Positions 14,701-26,300 of a stretch of DNA of 64,000 nt are shown piece by piece. The notes beneath the pieces are model-generated. The model had not been told where the DNA came from. It made no database searches and worked only from the letters and a program-made list of their open reading frames with translations. Source of the stretch: Tubiluchus corallicola (Eukaryota > Animalia > Priapulida); assembly GCA_030141605.1 (NCBI GenBank), contig JAQGDQ010000519.1, forward strand, positions 62,001 to 126,000. The letters run 5' to 3'. The number at the start of each line of letters is the position of its first letter. The first letter of the stretch is position 1. Made by a program: the position numbers and the translations under genes.

Positions 14701-15254
14701 AGATCCTTATACATTTGCAAGCAGTGAAAGCAGTCAAATTTATTATTTTCATTTTTTTTATATAGAGAAATAAAGATTTCTGAGAACACCATATGCTATG
14801 AAGGAAATTCTTTTGTGTTCCCGTCACAAGTAGATTTACCATAAAAGTTATAAAATCAACTATGTGTTAATTTTTAAAAAAGCAGCAGTAACACATTTTA
14901 CTTTGTGAGATTCACAACTATTTAGCTGAGCTGTCCATCTATTTAGTTAATGTTGTGTTAGATGTAAAATGAAAAGGTAAGTAATGAGTAGGGCTACCAT
15001 ACGTCCGGGTTTCCCCAGACACGTCCTCTTTTTCAACTCAGACAATATGGTAACCCTAGTAATGAGCAAAAGTAAATTTACCTGGTATTGGAGCCACTTT
15101 TTTCTATGTTGTATGCTTCAAACTGCAGAGCAAAGCTGGATGGAAACAGGGATTTACCTGTAATTAACCATGCCCTAGCAGCAAATGGATCGGTGACTTG
15201 ACATTTCTTGGATTTGGAAACAATCCATTCTTCATCGCACAGATTTTCAGCCAT
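1037..15254 (-). CDS. INTS10: Integrator complex subunit 10, 5' part (gene continues beyond the left edge). Coding exons: 15082-15254, 11279-11435, 9142-9472, 7536-7667, 5651-5730, 3849-4039, 2339-2459, 1037-1159
   Basis: Exon peptides match recalled INTS10 motifs: DPFAARAWLITGKSLFP, QLWQEVTHITSALQD, SPVNCYRKLLVCDALPL..KSIEFY, LMSP..IDGLT..KPWESLF, CWELLH..KDFSRICQLWKTDKWEWL. All introns are GT-AG and the phases (2,0,1,1,0,2,0) join into one open frame. Confidence 0.92.
1424..2107. mobile_element. Non-autonomous DNA transposon, Kolobok-type, copy A
   Basis: TTAA on both flanks, AG..CT termini and TIR AG(A/C)ACAAGAAAA. About 680 bp, repeated in inverted orientation at 7693 and 10259. Confidence 0.8.
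2110..2237. mobile_element. Small palindromic MITE (Harbinger-like)
   Basis: AAGCGGCATTTATGCAGCATGC ... GCACGCTACATAAATGCCACTT imperfect TIRs. Related sequence lies near 58130-58210. Confidence 0.55.
2583..3049 (-). mobile_element. tRNA-derived SINE with (ATT)n tail, possibly MetaSINE-type
   Basis: Head with A box (TAGTCTAGTGG) and B box (GAGTTCGAACC), then CATACCAAAGACTTTAAAAATGGTAC, a hairpin-bearing 3' tail (GTCGGC...GCCGAC) and a long (ATT)n run at 2583-2795. Confidence 0.75.
4109..4616 (+). mobile_element. About 500-bp retroposon-like repeat (LINE 3' UTR or SINE-like) with (ATT)n tail, copy 1
   Basis: Near-identical to 61634-62131; ends in AATAAA followed by (ATT)n. Confidence 0.75.
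4869..5377 (+). mobile_element. 5S rRNA-derived SINE (SINE3), copy 1
   Basis: 5S-like head 4869-4981 with a short internal deletion, then a GC-rich body shared with two other copies. Perfect 12-bp TSD AAGATAAGTTGA at 4857-4868 and 5378-5389. Confidence 0.9.
5768..6449. repeat. Minisatellite, 49-50-bp unit, about 14 copies
   Basis: Unit CTGACACATCACCTGTTTGTCTCCCAAAACAGACACATTAACTTGGAGT, with no unique spacers. Confidence 0.97.
7265..7428 (+). mobile_element. 5'-truncated retroposon with (GAT)n tail
   Basis: 11-bp TSD TACTTCTATTA at 7254-7264 and 7429-7439. The 3' stem-loop tail CCAATGTCTACAATAGACGT also occurs at about 58250-58300. Confidence 0.7.
7693..8375. mobile_element. Non-autonomous DNA transposon, Kolobok-type, copy B
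   Basis: Reverse complement of copy A, with TTAA at 7689-7692 and 8376-8379. Confidence 0.8.
9553..9993. mobile_element. Possible second Kolobok-type MITE
   Basis: TTAA|AGGCAAACTAAACCC ... GGGGTTATATAGGCCT|TTAA imperfect TIRs with a CpG-richer interior. Confidence 0.5.
10259..10935. mobile_element. Non-autonomous DNA transposon, Kolobok-type, copy C
   Basis: Colinear with copy B, more diverged, with ATAA/TTAA flanks. Confidence 0.78.
11485..11948. mobile_element. Foldback-like MITE with internal TCAAATGT repeats
   Basis: TIRs TATAGGTTTTACATGTCAAATGTA / TACATTTGACGTGTAAAACCTATA. The motif is reiterated in opposite orientation in each half. Confidence 0.7.
13309..13601 (+). mobile_element. 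Possible degenerate solo LTR
   Basis: Starts TGTTG and ends near CAAC(G). GC-richer interior with TATA-like and AATAAA motifs. No clean TSD. Confidence 0.35.
14227..15115. repeat. Tandem duplication with 448-bp period, including the INTS10 exon 1 donor and a 70-bp hAT-like mini-element
   Basis: 14227-14667 is almost identical to 14675-15115. Mini-element TAGGGTTACCATA...TATGGTAACCCTA at 14541-14610 and 14989-15058, with 8-bp TSD GTAATGAG. Confidence 0.92.
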
Positions 15255-15336
15255 CAGTGGCAAAAGCACGAAATTTGACTTTTCCTAAAAGAATTCAGGC
15301 AGTCAGAAAACTTGATTCAAAGAATTTAGTCACGTT

Positions 15337-15725
15337 TGTGAAAGTTGTAACTGTATATTTTAGGTGCTGCCATCTATTGATTAGTCACTTTAACATTTTA
15401 CTAGTTAAACTCACCCCTAGTACAATTGTTCGGTCCAGTGAATATGCAAACTCACTGGATCTCACTTATTTTTGCTGTAATGGGATATGCGAAGCCAAGT
15501 TTTTGCATAGTAGTCTACCTATATAAACTGACTAGATTTCACTTCTAGCCACTGTCTAATTCTTCATGATCAGTGCAGGACACTCTGGTCCTCAGTGTCG
15601 TTTAGCAGTCATGTTACCTATAACTATGTAGTGCAATAAGTGTTTCAGTTTTATGCAAACATGTAATCTTGTGTTTAGTTGTTTTCTACAAGTGTTCAAT
15701 TTCAACTTCATAACTAACTTTCACA
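15337..15725 (+). mobile_element. Solo LTR
   Basis: TGTGAAAGTT...AACTTTCACA termini and perfect 5-bp TSD ACGTT. A related copy lies at 30485-30973. Confidence 0.82.
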
Positions 15726-17942
15726 ACGTTAGCACCACTAAAAACTCCTCTTTGTATTTTTAATAAATACTAAACCAGAGGTCGAAATTTATTTTTTCTG
15801 CAGAGTATTTTATACTCCACTAATATGAAAATGAGGAGCTAATGAATTTTCATGCGGAGTGATAATCTGTTTTTGTTTCTTAGGTAGCTTTTAAGCTGAA
15901 ATAAATATTACTGTAATCATTCGGTATATGTAATGTATATATGCCTACTTTCTTATATTAGGTATAACAACTTAGTCACAGAGTTCTGCTATTATGCTAT
16001 TTTTTGTTACTTATTATTTAACTGCCTCAACAATGAAGCAAAAAATCTAATTCACTTGACGATTTTTTTTGCCAGATTTCCGCCCAGAATATCTGTCGAG
16101 GTGAAGCGCAATTATTAAACAATATCTAAACCCTGTCACATCCAGCGGGTAAGCTATTTATAAAATTTTCAATATACAAAAGTAGTGAACAATCTGCTCC
16201 AACCCAGTCGGCCATTAACCAAGACCTTCGATATTGCAGCACTTGTGTTATTGTTAAATGTTTACTTTGTAAATTAAATGATGCCAAAAATTTTTAAACA
16301 ACTTGGTAAGATACTTAATAGGTATATGGCTTCTTTACAATAGACTTGCACTCGTTAAACTTCTTTACTGTTATTACGTAAGTATTAATGTAAGTATTAA
16401 GCAATTAAATTATTTATGTAATCTGAGCGAAATTTTTGTGGAGCAGTCATTGCTCTCCCAGACTAAAAATGGGGACCAATGGCAAAAAATTACGGAGCGA
16501 AATTACGATGCAAATCCAGGTATTTAGAGCCCTGTTCTAAACAAACGCAAAAATATTTCTTACTTTTCTACAGTAAATTTGAAAAAAATTAACAATTAAA
16601 CAAACTTGAGTTTAAATGGTGCTGTACATTACACCTGTTTTCAAGTTTTAATCTAAAGGGCGTACTTTCATGAATTTACAACTTTGTGTTTGCACTACCA
16701 AAAGACCCATAATTTATAAATAAAATAAATAAGCAACTACACAAAACCAGTCATTATCCAATAATTTGCCCGAGCCTGGTATTATCAGCAACTAAAGGCC
16801 AATGTAGCAAATCAAACACATCTTTGTTCAACTACAGTACACATCAGCTTGTGCGCCTAACTAGTGGCTCTCAACGACGATGAACTGCATGTGGTTCTGC
16901 TGATTACAGCATAGATCAGTGGTCTAAACCTTAATGAATTTTTCAATGCTAGTAGTAAATACAAAAATTGTGTATATACAAATTGTTGCACTCTCCAAGC
17001 TTACACAATAAATCAACGTCAGTTATAAGAGATTTTGGAATCAACTGTGTTTTGCAGCTAACAATACCAATCTGCTGCTGTGTAAATGGGTGAATGTAGT
17101 TGCTATACGTTTGATGTATATGTAATAGTGGTCAGCCACATGAAAAATTTCAAATCTAAGTTCCAAGTCTTTCATTTCAGTAAAACTGCAAATATAAAAT
17201 GCAACCATGAGAAACATTTACACGTTAATTGTCAGAAGTTACCAGATGGTTAATAATTTAGTAGCATTTTTAGTAATTCACTTAGCATAGCCATTACATT
17301 ACAATTACTGACTAGTAACTATAGACTATATTGCTGTTACTACAGAACTATATTAATTTTTATTATTAATATTATACTAATATATATATATATATAGTAA
17401 TTAGTATACTAATATATATACTAATATTATACTAATATATATATATATAGTAAGTAGCCGAGTTAAAGACTACAGTAACAATAATTGTAACAGAAATGAA
17501 TTAATATAGTTACTATATAAATTAGGACTGCAACCTTCAAGCGGAAATAAAAGAGACACATCGGACGACAAAGTGACCAAAATAATTTGAAGTTCTATAG
17601 TATTAGTATTATTATCAAATATAAAAATAAGGATATTTTTTCAAACGTACAGTTAAGTGTGATACGTCCTATACTTTAAATTTTATAAACTTTGTTGCAC
17701 CACGACTCTTTGTCATTCACAAAAACAGAAGTTTGCAAAAATGAACACTACAGTATAGATTATGAGAAGAGCATCAACTGAAACTAAAAGAAAATGTGCT
17801 AAGAACGCACTTTAACAACAAATTCCGGCGACAATATGCGGCATCATTGGCTGCACCGCTAACCCGCTTTCTTTACTTTACCATCAATTTCCACACGCCG
17901 CTGAAAACTGTCCAGGATTAGTGGCGATCATTAGCTTAACCG

Positions 17943-17973
<31 letters not shown>

Positions 17974-18140
17974 TAATAACAACAACTATAACAATAACTT
18001 TCTGGACATACAATAATCCCCTTCTGGTTAAACATTTATTTCCAGGTATACCATTAATTTCTTTAATTTTTGTTTGACTTGACGTTTGACTTCCTAGGTG
18101 GGAAGTAGGCTCGCTACCAAAGGCTATCCACCTAGTCACG
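17943..18140 (-). mobile_element. LINE/SINE 3' end with (ATT/GTT)n tail
   Basis: Stem-loop CTAGGTGG...CCACCTAG, AATAAA and a trinucleotide tail on the minus strand. Confidence 0.5.
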
Positions 18141-19178
18141 GTACTGTACGCTTGAATCCACTTTGCTGAGACTATGATTTCTTACCATTTACTAGCAATT
18201 ATTTTGAAAGGCAATTAATTATCAAAAATGTCCACCCGTGACCAAACACAGAACTAGGAAGCCTTGTGCATTGTTAGACGATAACTGGGAACTTTGAAGC
18301 TTAGTTTTGTATTGTCTTTGCAAGCTGCATTATATTGGGCAGTTTACTAATGATTATGACGGAGAACTACATGATGCGTATTACTTGTAAGAAAAAAAAT
18401 CACTGCTTTAACAATGACTAACAAACCATTCTTAAAATAAACAAGCTATTATTACTAAATTTTGAATAAATGTATTTACTAGTGAGTGTCAGCTTGACAT
18501 GCATTGGAAATCAAAGGCCCATATTAAAAGTTTTGTATGCCCTGCTTTTTTTCTTCTACCCATTATTGGTCCAAATACATTTATAATAAAATAGTTCTTT
18601 CTGCTTGTGTCATATACATAATTTACCATAGTGTTCAGCAACTGCATTCGTATGATACGCTTATGCACACACAGCAGCACAATTACTACAGAAGTCGAAA
18701 AACAATAAAATGAAAAAGTCAAATAATTTATTATTAAATTTTGGTTCTTAGAATTGATTCCAAGCAGAAAAGATTCATTATAATACAAAGCTATTTACAG
18801 TACACAAACACAAATCATCATGAACAGTTCACAAAATGATAACAAACTTAGCACACTGTGTGAGAAACACTAGTAATTTTCTAATACTAGACTAACAATT
18901 TATGTACAAGTAAAAGAAAAACAATTTCGTATACAATTCTATCAGAACTATAAAAGCTAAGCCAACTGAAACATTAGGGTAAACATACACGGTATTGAAA
19001 TACAATCATAAAAACGTTAAATTTGCTTTCTTTGTAGCCATTTACCACAAGATTTTGATAAGAGTGTTTAGACATGAAATTAAAAATAAATACTGTTCAC
19101 CACAATTATTGATACCTGAAACAACACTACATGCCAATTCACAAATTTCTTTCACAATACAATCGTCCAATCAGAATT

Positions 19179-22100
19179 TTACACACTAAACAGAGCCTGA
19201 ATGTCTGCATTCTCAGTTTCAACTTGCAGTGACTCATTCTTGGCATTTAATGCTGAAGAATGAACATTGACTAGGCCATTTTGGTCTTGCAAAGCATCCG
19301 GATGACTTCGTTTGATGTGAACCTTCAAGTTACCCTTCTGCGTGAAGCTCATTTGGCAGAATCCACAGTTGTACGGTTTTTCGCCCGTATGTTTTTTCAG
19401 GTGTATCTGCAGTGCATTCTTTTGATTGAAACGCTTGTGGCACGCACCGCACTCAAACGGACGTTCGCCAGTGTGTATGCGGATGTGACGTTCAAGCTGG
19501 CTAGGCTTCCCAAAAGATTTCCCACAGTGGAGACACTTGTGAGGCGTGTTCTTCTGCCGACTTACAGATGGCAAATGTGTCATTAAGTGCTCTTTCAGAT
19601 GGCCCGATCTCTTAAATGCTTTATTACACATCTCACACTGAAACTGGCGGTCTGGATTAATCGGAGCTATAGAGTAAGTGACTAAATTTGTGTCGGCAGC
19701 ATCAACCGCTGATGTCAGCTGTACAGACGTAACGGCTGATTGTCTTACTTCATTAACAGTGGGATTACTGACTGCTACTTCAGACGTGTCATGTTGTACT
19801 CCATTATGAGAAATGTCATTCTGCACAGAATCTGATTCGGGCACTGACTGCTGACTTACCAATTTTGCTTGTTTCAGGTAGTTGGTATCGATATTTAGCA
19901 CAAGATTTTCCTCGTTCCGATCAGATCCCTCAATGTTCTGAAGCAACCATGGGTTAATGGTTAAATTTGCATTACCGATGCCTTGTTGCTGTAGCTGTTG
20001 CAGCATGTTAGCATCTATCTGTATGGTCTGATTAAGTATGTTGGAGTCAAGTCCACTAATTTGTATGCCCCCACCTACCCCAGTAGCTGACAGCTGTAAC
20101 TGTATACCTCCTTCAAACATCTGCAAGTTAGGAGCAGATAGAAAAGCATTATCAGTTTGTCCATTCTCATCATTACCTACTGAAAGGGCCACGGGGATTG
20201 TTATCTGCTGCAGGGTGTTAGGGTCAATCTCGGCTAATTGCCCATTTGTAACCTGCCCAAGATTCCCCAGGTAATCTGCCGCAACTTTAGGCTGCCTATG
20301 GGATTTGGGAATCTTTTGTTTTAGATGTTGGGCTATGTGACTCTTGCGATGTCCAGACGTCCGGAAGCATTCATCACAGTGCGGACATTTAAACGGTTTT
20401 GCGCCTGTGTGCAGTCTCATATGAACCTTCAGACTGCCCTTCGTGGAAAAAGTGGAATTACACACATGACAGAAAAAGTTCTTGTCACCAGTATGTGTCT
20501 TTTTATGACACTCCAGCGTGGACTTGACAGTAAAACGCTTATCACAGGTCTTACAAGTATAAGGTTTTTCTCCCGTGTGAATCCGATTATGCCGCACTAA
20601 ATCGCTCGGTTTCTTGAAGCTTTTTGGGCAGCTCTGACACTGGTTTGCAAACTTTGGCATCTTGCTAAGCTTTTCCATCTCCTTGTCGACATCTTTCACT
20701 TCACTAATCCTATTCCTTTCAGCAGTGGACTCCAGAAGAACACTTTCAGACAAACTCAAACTGTTTCCATCATCTTTCCTCGTTAGTTCTTTGGCAGCCT
20801 CCTCATGAATGGTAACAATCACCCTTTTCTCCTTGGCAGGTTGTTGCTGTACCTGTTTTTCGTCTTCTTCGTGCGTCTTCTGATGTTTGGTAAAAGCAGA
20901 TAAATTTCGAAATTCTGCTGAGCAAATGGTGCACTGGTGCATTCTGGGTGCAGCTTTGTGCAAGGCCATATGTCTCGTAAGAGAACCATTGGTCGTGAAC
21001 GCAGCATTGCAATCAGTGCATACGTACTCGTGGGAACCCGTGTGAGTTTTCTTGTGTGCTGTGAGGACACTAGCAGTGATGAAATATTTATCACACTCAT
21101 TACATTTATACGGTTTTTCACCAGTGTGAGACCTGTGATGATCTTTCAAGTGACTAGACTTCTTGAACTCTTTCCCACAAACAGAGCACTCGAACAGCTT
21201 TTTCCGGCCTTGATTGGTGTTATTCTGCTGTAATCGCGGAGGAGGCAGAGAGGAAGGAGGCGGTGATGCAGGTTTTTCTATACTTGGCACGGGTGGTGCA
21301 GTATCAGCTTGCTGTACTTCCAAGATATTTTGCATGTTTGTACTTGCCATTGATACAACTGGAACAAACTCACTAAGCTGGTCATTATTCAACTGACCAC
21401 TAAGTGTCGACACATCGATAGCAGTGCCATCTTGTGTCTGAATTGTAAATTGACCGGCAGAAAAAGCTTGGGGATCCAGGTTTGCAAGTGTTGAATGAGC
21501 ATCCAGCTGACTGAGCGTAGCCTGATCAAGTGTCAATGTCGGCTGCTGCAGATGGCCATGGGCTTCCAACTGATCCTGGAGTTGTTGAGCAAAATCTTGC
21601 TGAGTGAAATCATAACGTGTAATAGAGTCGGCAGGGACGGTTGTTTGGTGATTCTGTTCAGTCAACGACGTCTGATCCAAGCCTTTCTGTGCATCAAAAA
21701 CTTGAGAGATGTCTTGCGCTTCAATGTCTTGATCAGCTGTAACGCTCACATTAATTGCGGCCATTGGCACACTATCAGGTTCTTCCGCAGAGTTTACAGC
21801 AGCAGCAGCTTGCAACGCTAACTCAACGCGGTGCGTCCGAATGTGTTTCTTACAATTCACTGCCGTCTTAAATGTTTTCTGACAGTAAGGACACATAAAC
21901 GGTCGCACTTCGCTGTGCGTGGACATGTGCCGCTTCAAGCTTCCATTGGTCGTAAATTTTGCATCACAGACAACACACCTATAAGATTTCACACCAGTGT
22001 GAGTCCGAATGTGGGACTTTAACACCCCAGTCGAAACAAATCTCTTGTTGCACTGATAGCATTTATATGGTTTTTCACCAGTATGAGAACGCACATGCTG

Positions 22101-23329
22101 CTTCAAATGACTCGACTTCTTGAAGCCTCGTGAGCAGTACTGACATTTGTACGGTCGGTCCATAGTGCTTGACTCAACAAGGTATTCGTTGAAAGGTGCA
22201 GAGTTCCTAGGAAGTTGTTGTATCAGACCCGTGTCGGTTATCAGTATCGGTTCTTGTAGCGGTACGTCAGACACGTCGATATTTTCTTTGCCTTCGCCCC
22301 GAATGAGTCGTCGCGATCCCTTGTGAGAATCATCACCTCTAGTATGAGACACCATGTGACTTTTGCGATGAGCGGAAGTGCGAAATGTTTTGTCACAGTG
22401 CGGGCACTGAAACGGTCTGGCGCCCGTGTGAAGCCGTAGATGGACTTTTAGACTTCCCTGCGTAGCAAACAACTTCTGACAGACTGGACACAAGAAGTTC
22501 TTGACACCTGTGTGAGTGTTCTGATGAGCTTTTAATGTACTCTGTACTGCAAACGAACGGAAACATTGGTTACACTTGTAAGGCTTCTCGTGAGTGTGAA
22601 CACGAATATGCCGCACTAAATCACTCGGCTTCTTGAACTCTTTACTGCAATAAGTGCATTGGTGCCACCGCACACCGCCCACATTTCTAACTAGCAGACG
22701 ATTTAAATTGCCAGTTACAGTGTCACTTACGGTAATAGCACCCGTCGTGGAGATGCTACTAGTGTTTGGCACACTCAGCGTATGACCCATTGTAACGCCA
22801 GGCGCAGTCACAGCAACAACGGACGTGGTGGAAGATCTAGAGTTCAGTCCACTAGTATCGAGTGCCTGCTGCAAGATGTCAGCACTGATGTTGGCTTCTG
22901 CTAGTGCTTGTTGTTGCTCCTCAGACAGGAGATTCTGTTGACCCCCTTCTGCTTGTGCAGACAGCTCGAGCAACTGCTGTATGACGTCGGTCACTTTTTT
23001 GCTGACCACCGAAGGCGGCATAGATGGCCCTTGAGCTGCTCTCACCTCCTCCGTCGTCGTGTGAACACGGCTCATGTGCGCATTTAAACTACCAAGTTTC
23101 CTGTACACACATGCACATAGAGAACACTTGAATTGCGGAATGCTAGGGTCATTTGTTTGTGAGTGCACTCGTATAATATGCGCACGTAAGTTGCCCTTCT
23201 GAGCACACACTTGAGGGCAATATTCACACATGTATCGCTTTTCACCCGAGTGCTTCGTCATGTGGATCTGTAGTGATCCTTTCTGGTTGAAAGCTTTATC
23301 ACAAATATGGCAGACAAACGGCTTCTCAC
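19179..23329 (-). CDS. ZNF236: ZNF236 terminal coding exon (4151 nt, 23 C2H2 fingers)
   Basis: The 1360-aa ORF extends upstream to an acceptor ttctttgtag|GTGAGAAG at 23329, which completes the HTG|EKP linker from exon 31483-31759. Confidence 0.93.
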
Positions 23330-26300
23330 CTACAAAGAAAAAAGAAACAAAACGATAAACAAAAAACAGGCATGGTCTTACACACAGATTAACTAACAGC
23401 CAATCACCATAACATTCTCATATCAGCTGAGTCAATTTAAAACTTATAATTAGAGGTATTGGAGCAGGGGTGTGCAAATTATCTGACTAGCCGGGCCACA
23501 TTAAACATTCCCGCAATTCCTGCGGGCCACATGCAGTTTGGTCAAGGAGCCAGGTACAGTAGGACCTAATAACGATTTTTTTGCATCCGATTTATGCACA
23601 TCATTACTACTGCATTACTACACTCAAGAAACTATTTTAGAAGTTATTAAAAATTATATTAAAAACCATATATTTCGTCATGTCCGACAGTGACATAAAG
23701 TGACAACGGTCTTGTAAGGGTTAATGCCATCCGATCTAGAGGAAAAAACTACCCACACTATCTTTGCGATATTGGCGTGGACTTCAGCTGGATCGCGTGG
23801 GCCGCACTTTCATTACGTTGACAAACCTCTTCGTGGGCCGCACAACATCTCTCGGCGGGCCGCAAGTGGCCCGCGGACCGCAGTTTGCACACCCCTGTAT
23901 TAGAGAATCATGAAACCAAATTTGTTTGCAGAATTAGTAAATCAGTAATCGTGAAGGTACAATTTGCATTTTTGCCATAATAAACTTGATAAAAAATTTT
24001 GTATGTTTCCACATTTGAACAATGATTCAGCTACAGTTCTTGTGACTGGAATATCCCAATATAGTGGCTGTAGCAACAATTTGCAAATGTCAAGTCAATT
24101 TGCATTTTTGGTTGTCGAAACGCAAACGGCATCTTACACTGTTTTCTCAACTTACAAGTGGCACAAGCATTTAATTCATCGCCATAGCTATTCTATGTAT
24201 AAATATACAACTTTAAGCTTTCAAACTGCAACTGGAAAATTTGACCTGTGAATCAGTGGCATGGTTAAATGAGTTTGGGGCATCTGGGTCTTCTTGTGTG
24301 AACTAATTTTACTGATAGCAGTGATAACAACATTTCCTTGTACTGTTTAAGCCTTTCTCCGATTTTGCAAGAGCAATTTATACCGTGGTTACTTGGAGAT
24401 GATACAGATCCATATCAAGTACGATTCATTTACAAAAACCTTTATTCTAAATCAAAATTGATGCCAAATTACTATAGGCAGGCTGCATAAGATTATGGAT
24501 ATCCATAAAATAAGACCAAAAATCCATAAAATAAAATGTGAAAAATCCATAAAATAAGAAATGCATAAAATAAAAAAATATTTTTTTTGTGATTTTTTGT
24601 ACAAAATAAGGCAAACAAAACTGAATACAGGCATTGGATCGGAAACTTCAGCCTAGAGGGCATTCTACATTCGTACTAAATAGATGAATTATTTGAACTG
24701 AAGTGATGAATTACAAGGCATTGTCTCGTAAAATTTGATTAAATTTGAAGTGATATGAAACCGATAAAATTAAGACTAAGTCCTGCGTGTTTAAAAACAT
24801 GTTTCAAGCACTCCTGTTTTTACTTTTTAATTGATTTCCCCCTGGGCATCTCTTTCTAGATATAGTCTATTTCTTATTTTATTGATATCCATAATCTTAT
24901 GCACCCTGCTATAGATCTCTAAACAGACACAAGTATTTCATGTATCTGAATAATTTAGAAATTCACTTGAAGTTGATTTTGTAAAAGTAAAAATAGAATT
25001 AATGTCATGCACATATATCTTAAGAGCATATTCAAGAAAAAGCATTTTAGCAACAAGAGCTAAACTGGCTATTTATCCTACGTGCTTATTTTTACTTAAA
25101 CTCACAATTAAGTGTTGATGGCATAAAGTACAAACGCTTAGAAACAGTGTAACATAATTGTTTTCTGAACAAATAGACATGAAAGAATAGTGTACGTGGA
25201 CAATGTGTGTTCGAAAAATACTGCACTACCTTTCTTAGGCTGTGGACAAATATGGGAAAATGAAGCAGCTATTTTTAAATCCAACCAAATGCTTACACTT
25301 GAGAAAACTTTGCAAAACAGATAATAGATATTTTACAACATGCTGTACGTAACCACAATGTACAACCCAATTCTGCAGAAAAGTTGAAACATATAGACTA
25401 TTGCAAAAGTTTCAGAATTGATTGAAAATAACAAAATTATTTTCGTCCGTCTGTAATGTTTCATGACTGATGTCACCAAAACTTTGTAATTTGAAAGCCA
25501 TAGAAGCAGATACGAAGGAGCGCCAGTTGCCCTAATTTTCACATTTTGGCTCCTATCTCGGGCTCTTAGGAGTCACATCTACCACATAATACACCTTAAC
25601 ACCTGTGGAAAAATTGGAAGAAGTAGAATCCATGGGAGAAGATGAGATGTGGAGTAATTGAAAAACGCCCACTTCCTCTTACCTCAGCGAGTTTCTAATG
25701 GTTCCATAAGGCGACTTCGGAGCACCTAGTGGTCATCGAGGGAGTTTACAAGCTTTATATAGCGTTACTGGTAACGCAAGGTCTGTATGTAGCAAGACAG
25801 TGCCAGTGTAAGTCTTATAAATTTCAGAGACGAATTACAAATTACAAAAGTTACAAATTGGGTGTGGATGATTTAGTAAAATAAGAAATGCATTCTATGA
25901 GGAATAAATACACCAACAAAATTTTTCAAGTATATCTACAAAATACTGATGGTTAAATTAAATTTATAAATATAGAAGAAGAATTGTGCATAATAAATGT
26001 TAAATTAAATGCGTAATAATGAATATGAAATTTTATGTGCTGTTCACTTGAGCCACTGTACACAAAAAAGTGCTGTGCCACTTTTTTAGGTTTTAATCAT
26101 GTATGAGACAACAAAGTAACTGTATCTAAATTCAAACTACTCGAGCCTTGTTGCAAGTAATATAAAATGATGTAGTGTATTCATAAAGGTCAATAAAGTT
26201 CAGTTGTTACACAGTACGTACCACGCATAAGAAGGCTAATCATTCTCATGATAGTATTAGTTAGCAAAAATCAACACTTGCAAAGTTTTTGGCAGCATTA

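Noticed and set aside
19281-22022. Several plus-strand ORFs overlapping ZNF236 (similarly over RAD17 and the receptor)
   Set aside because: Antisense or shifted-frame shadows of coding sequence with no recognisable domains.
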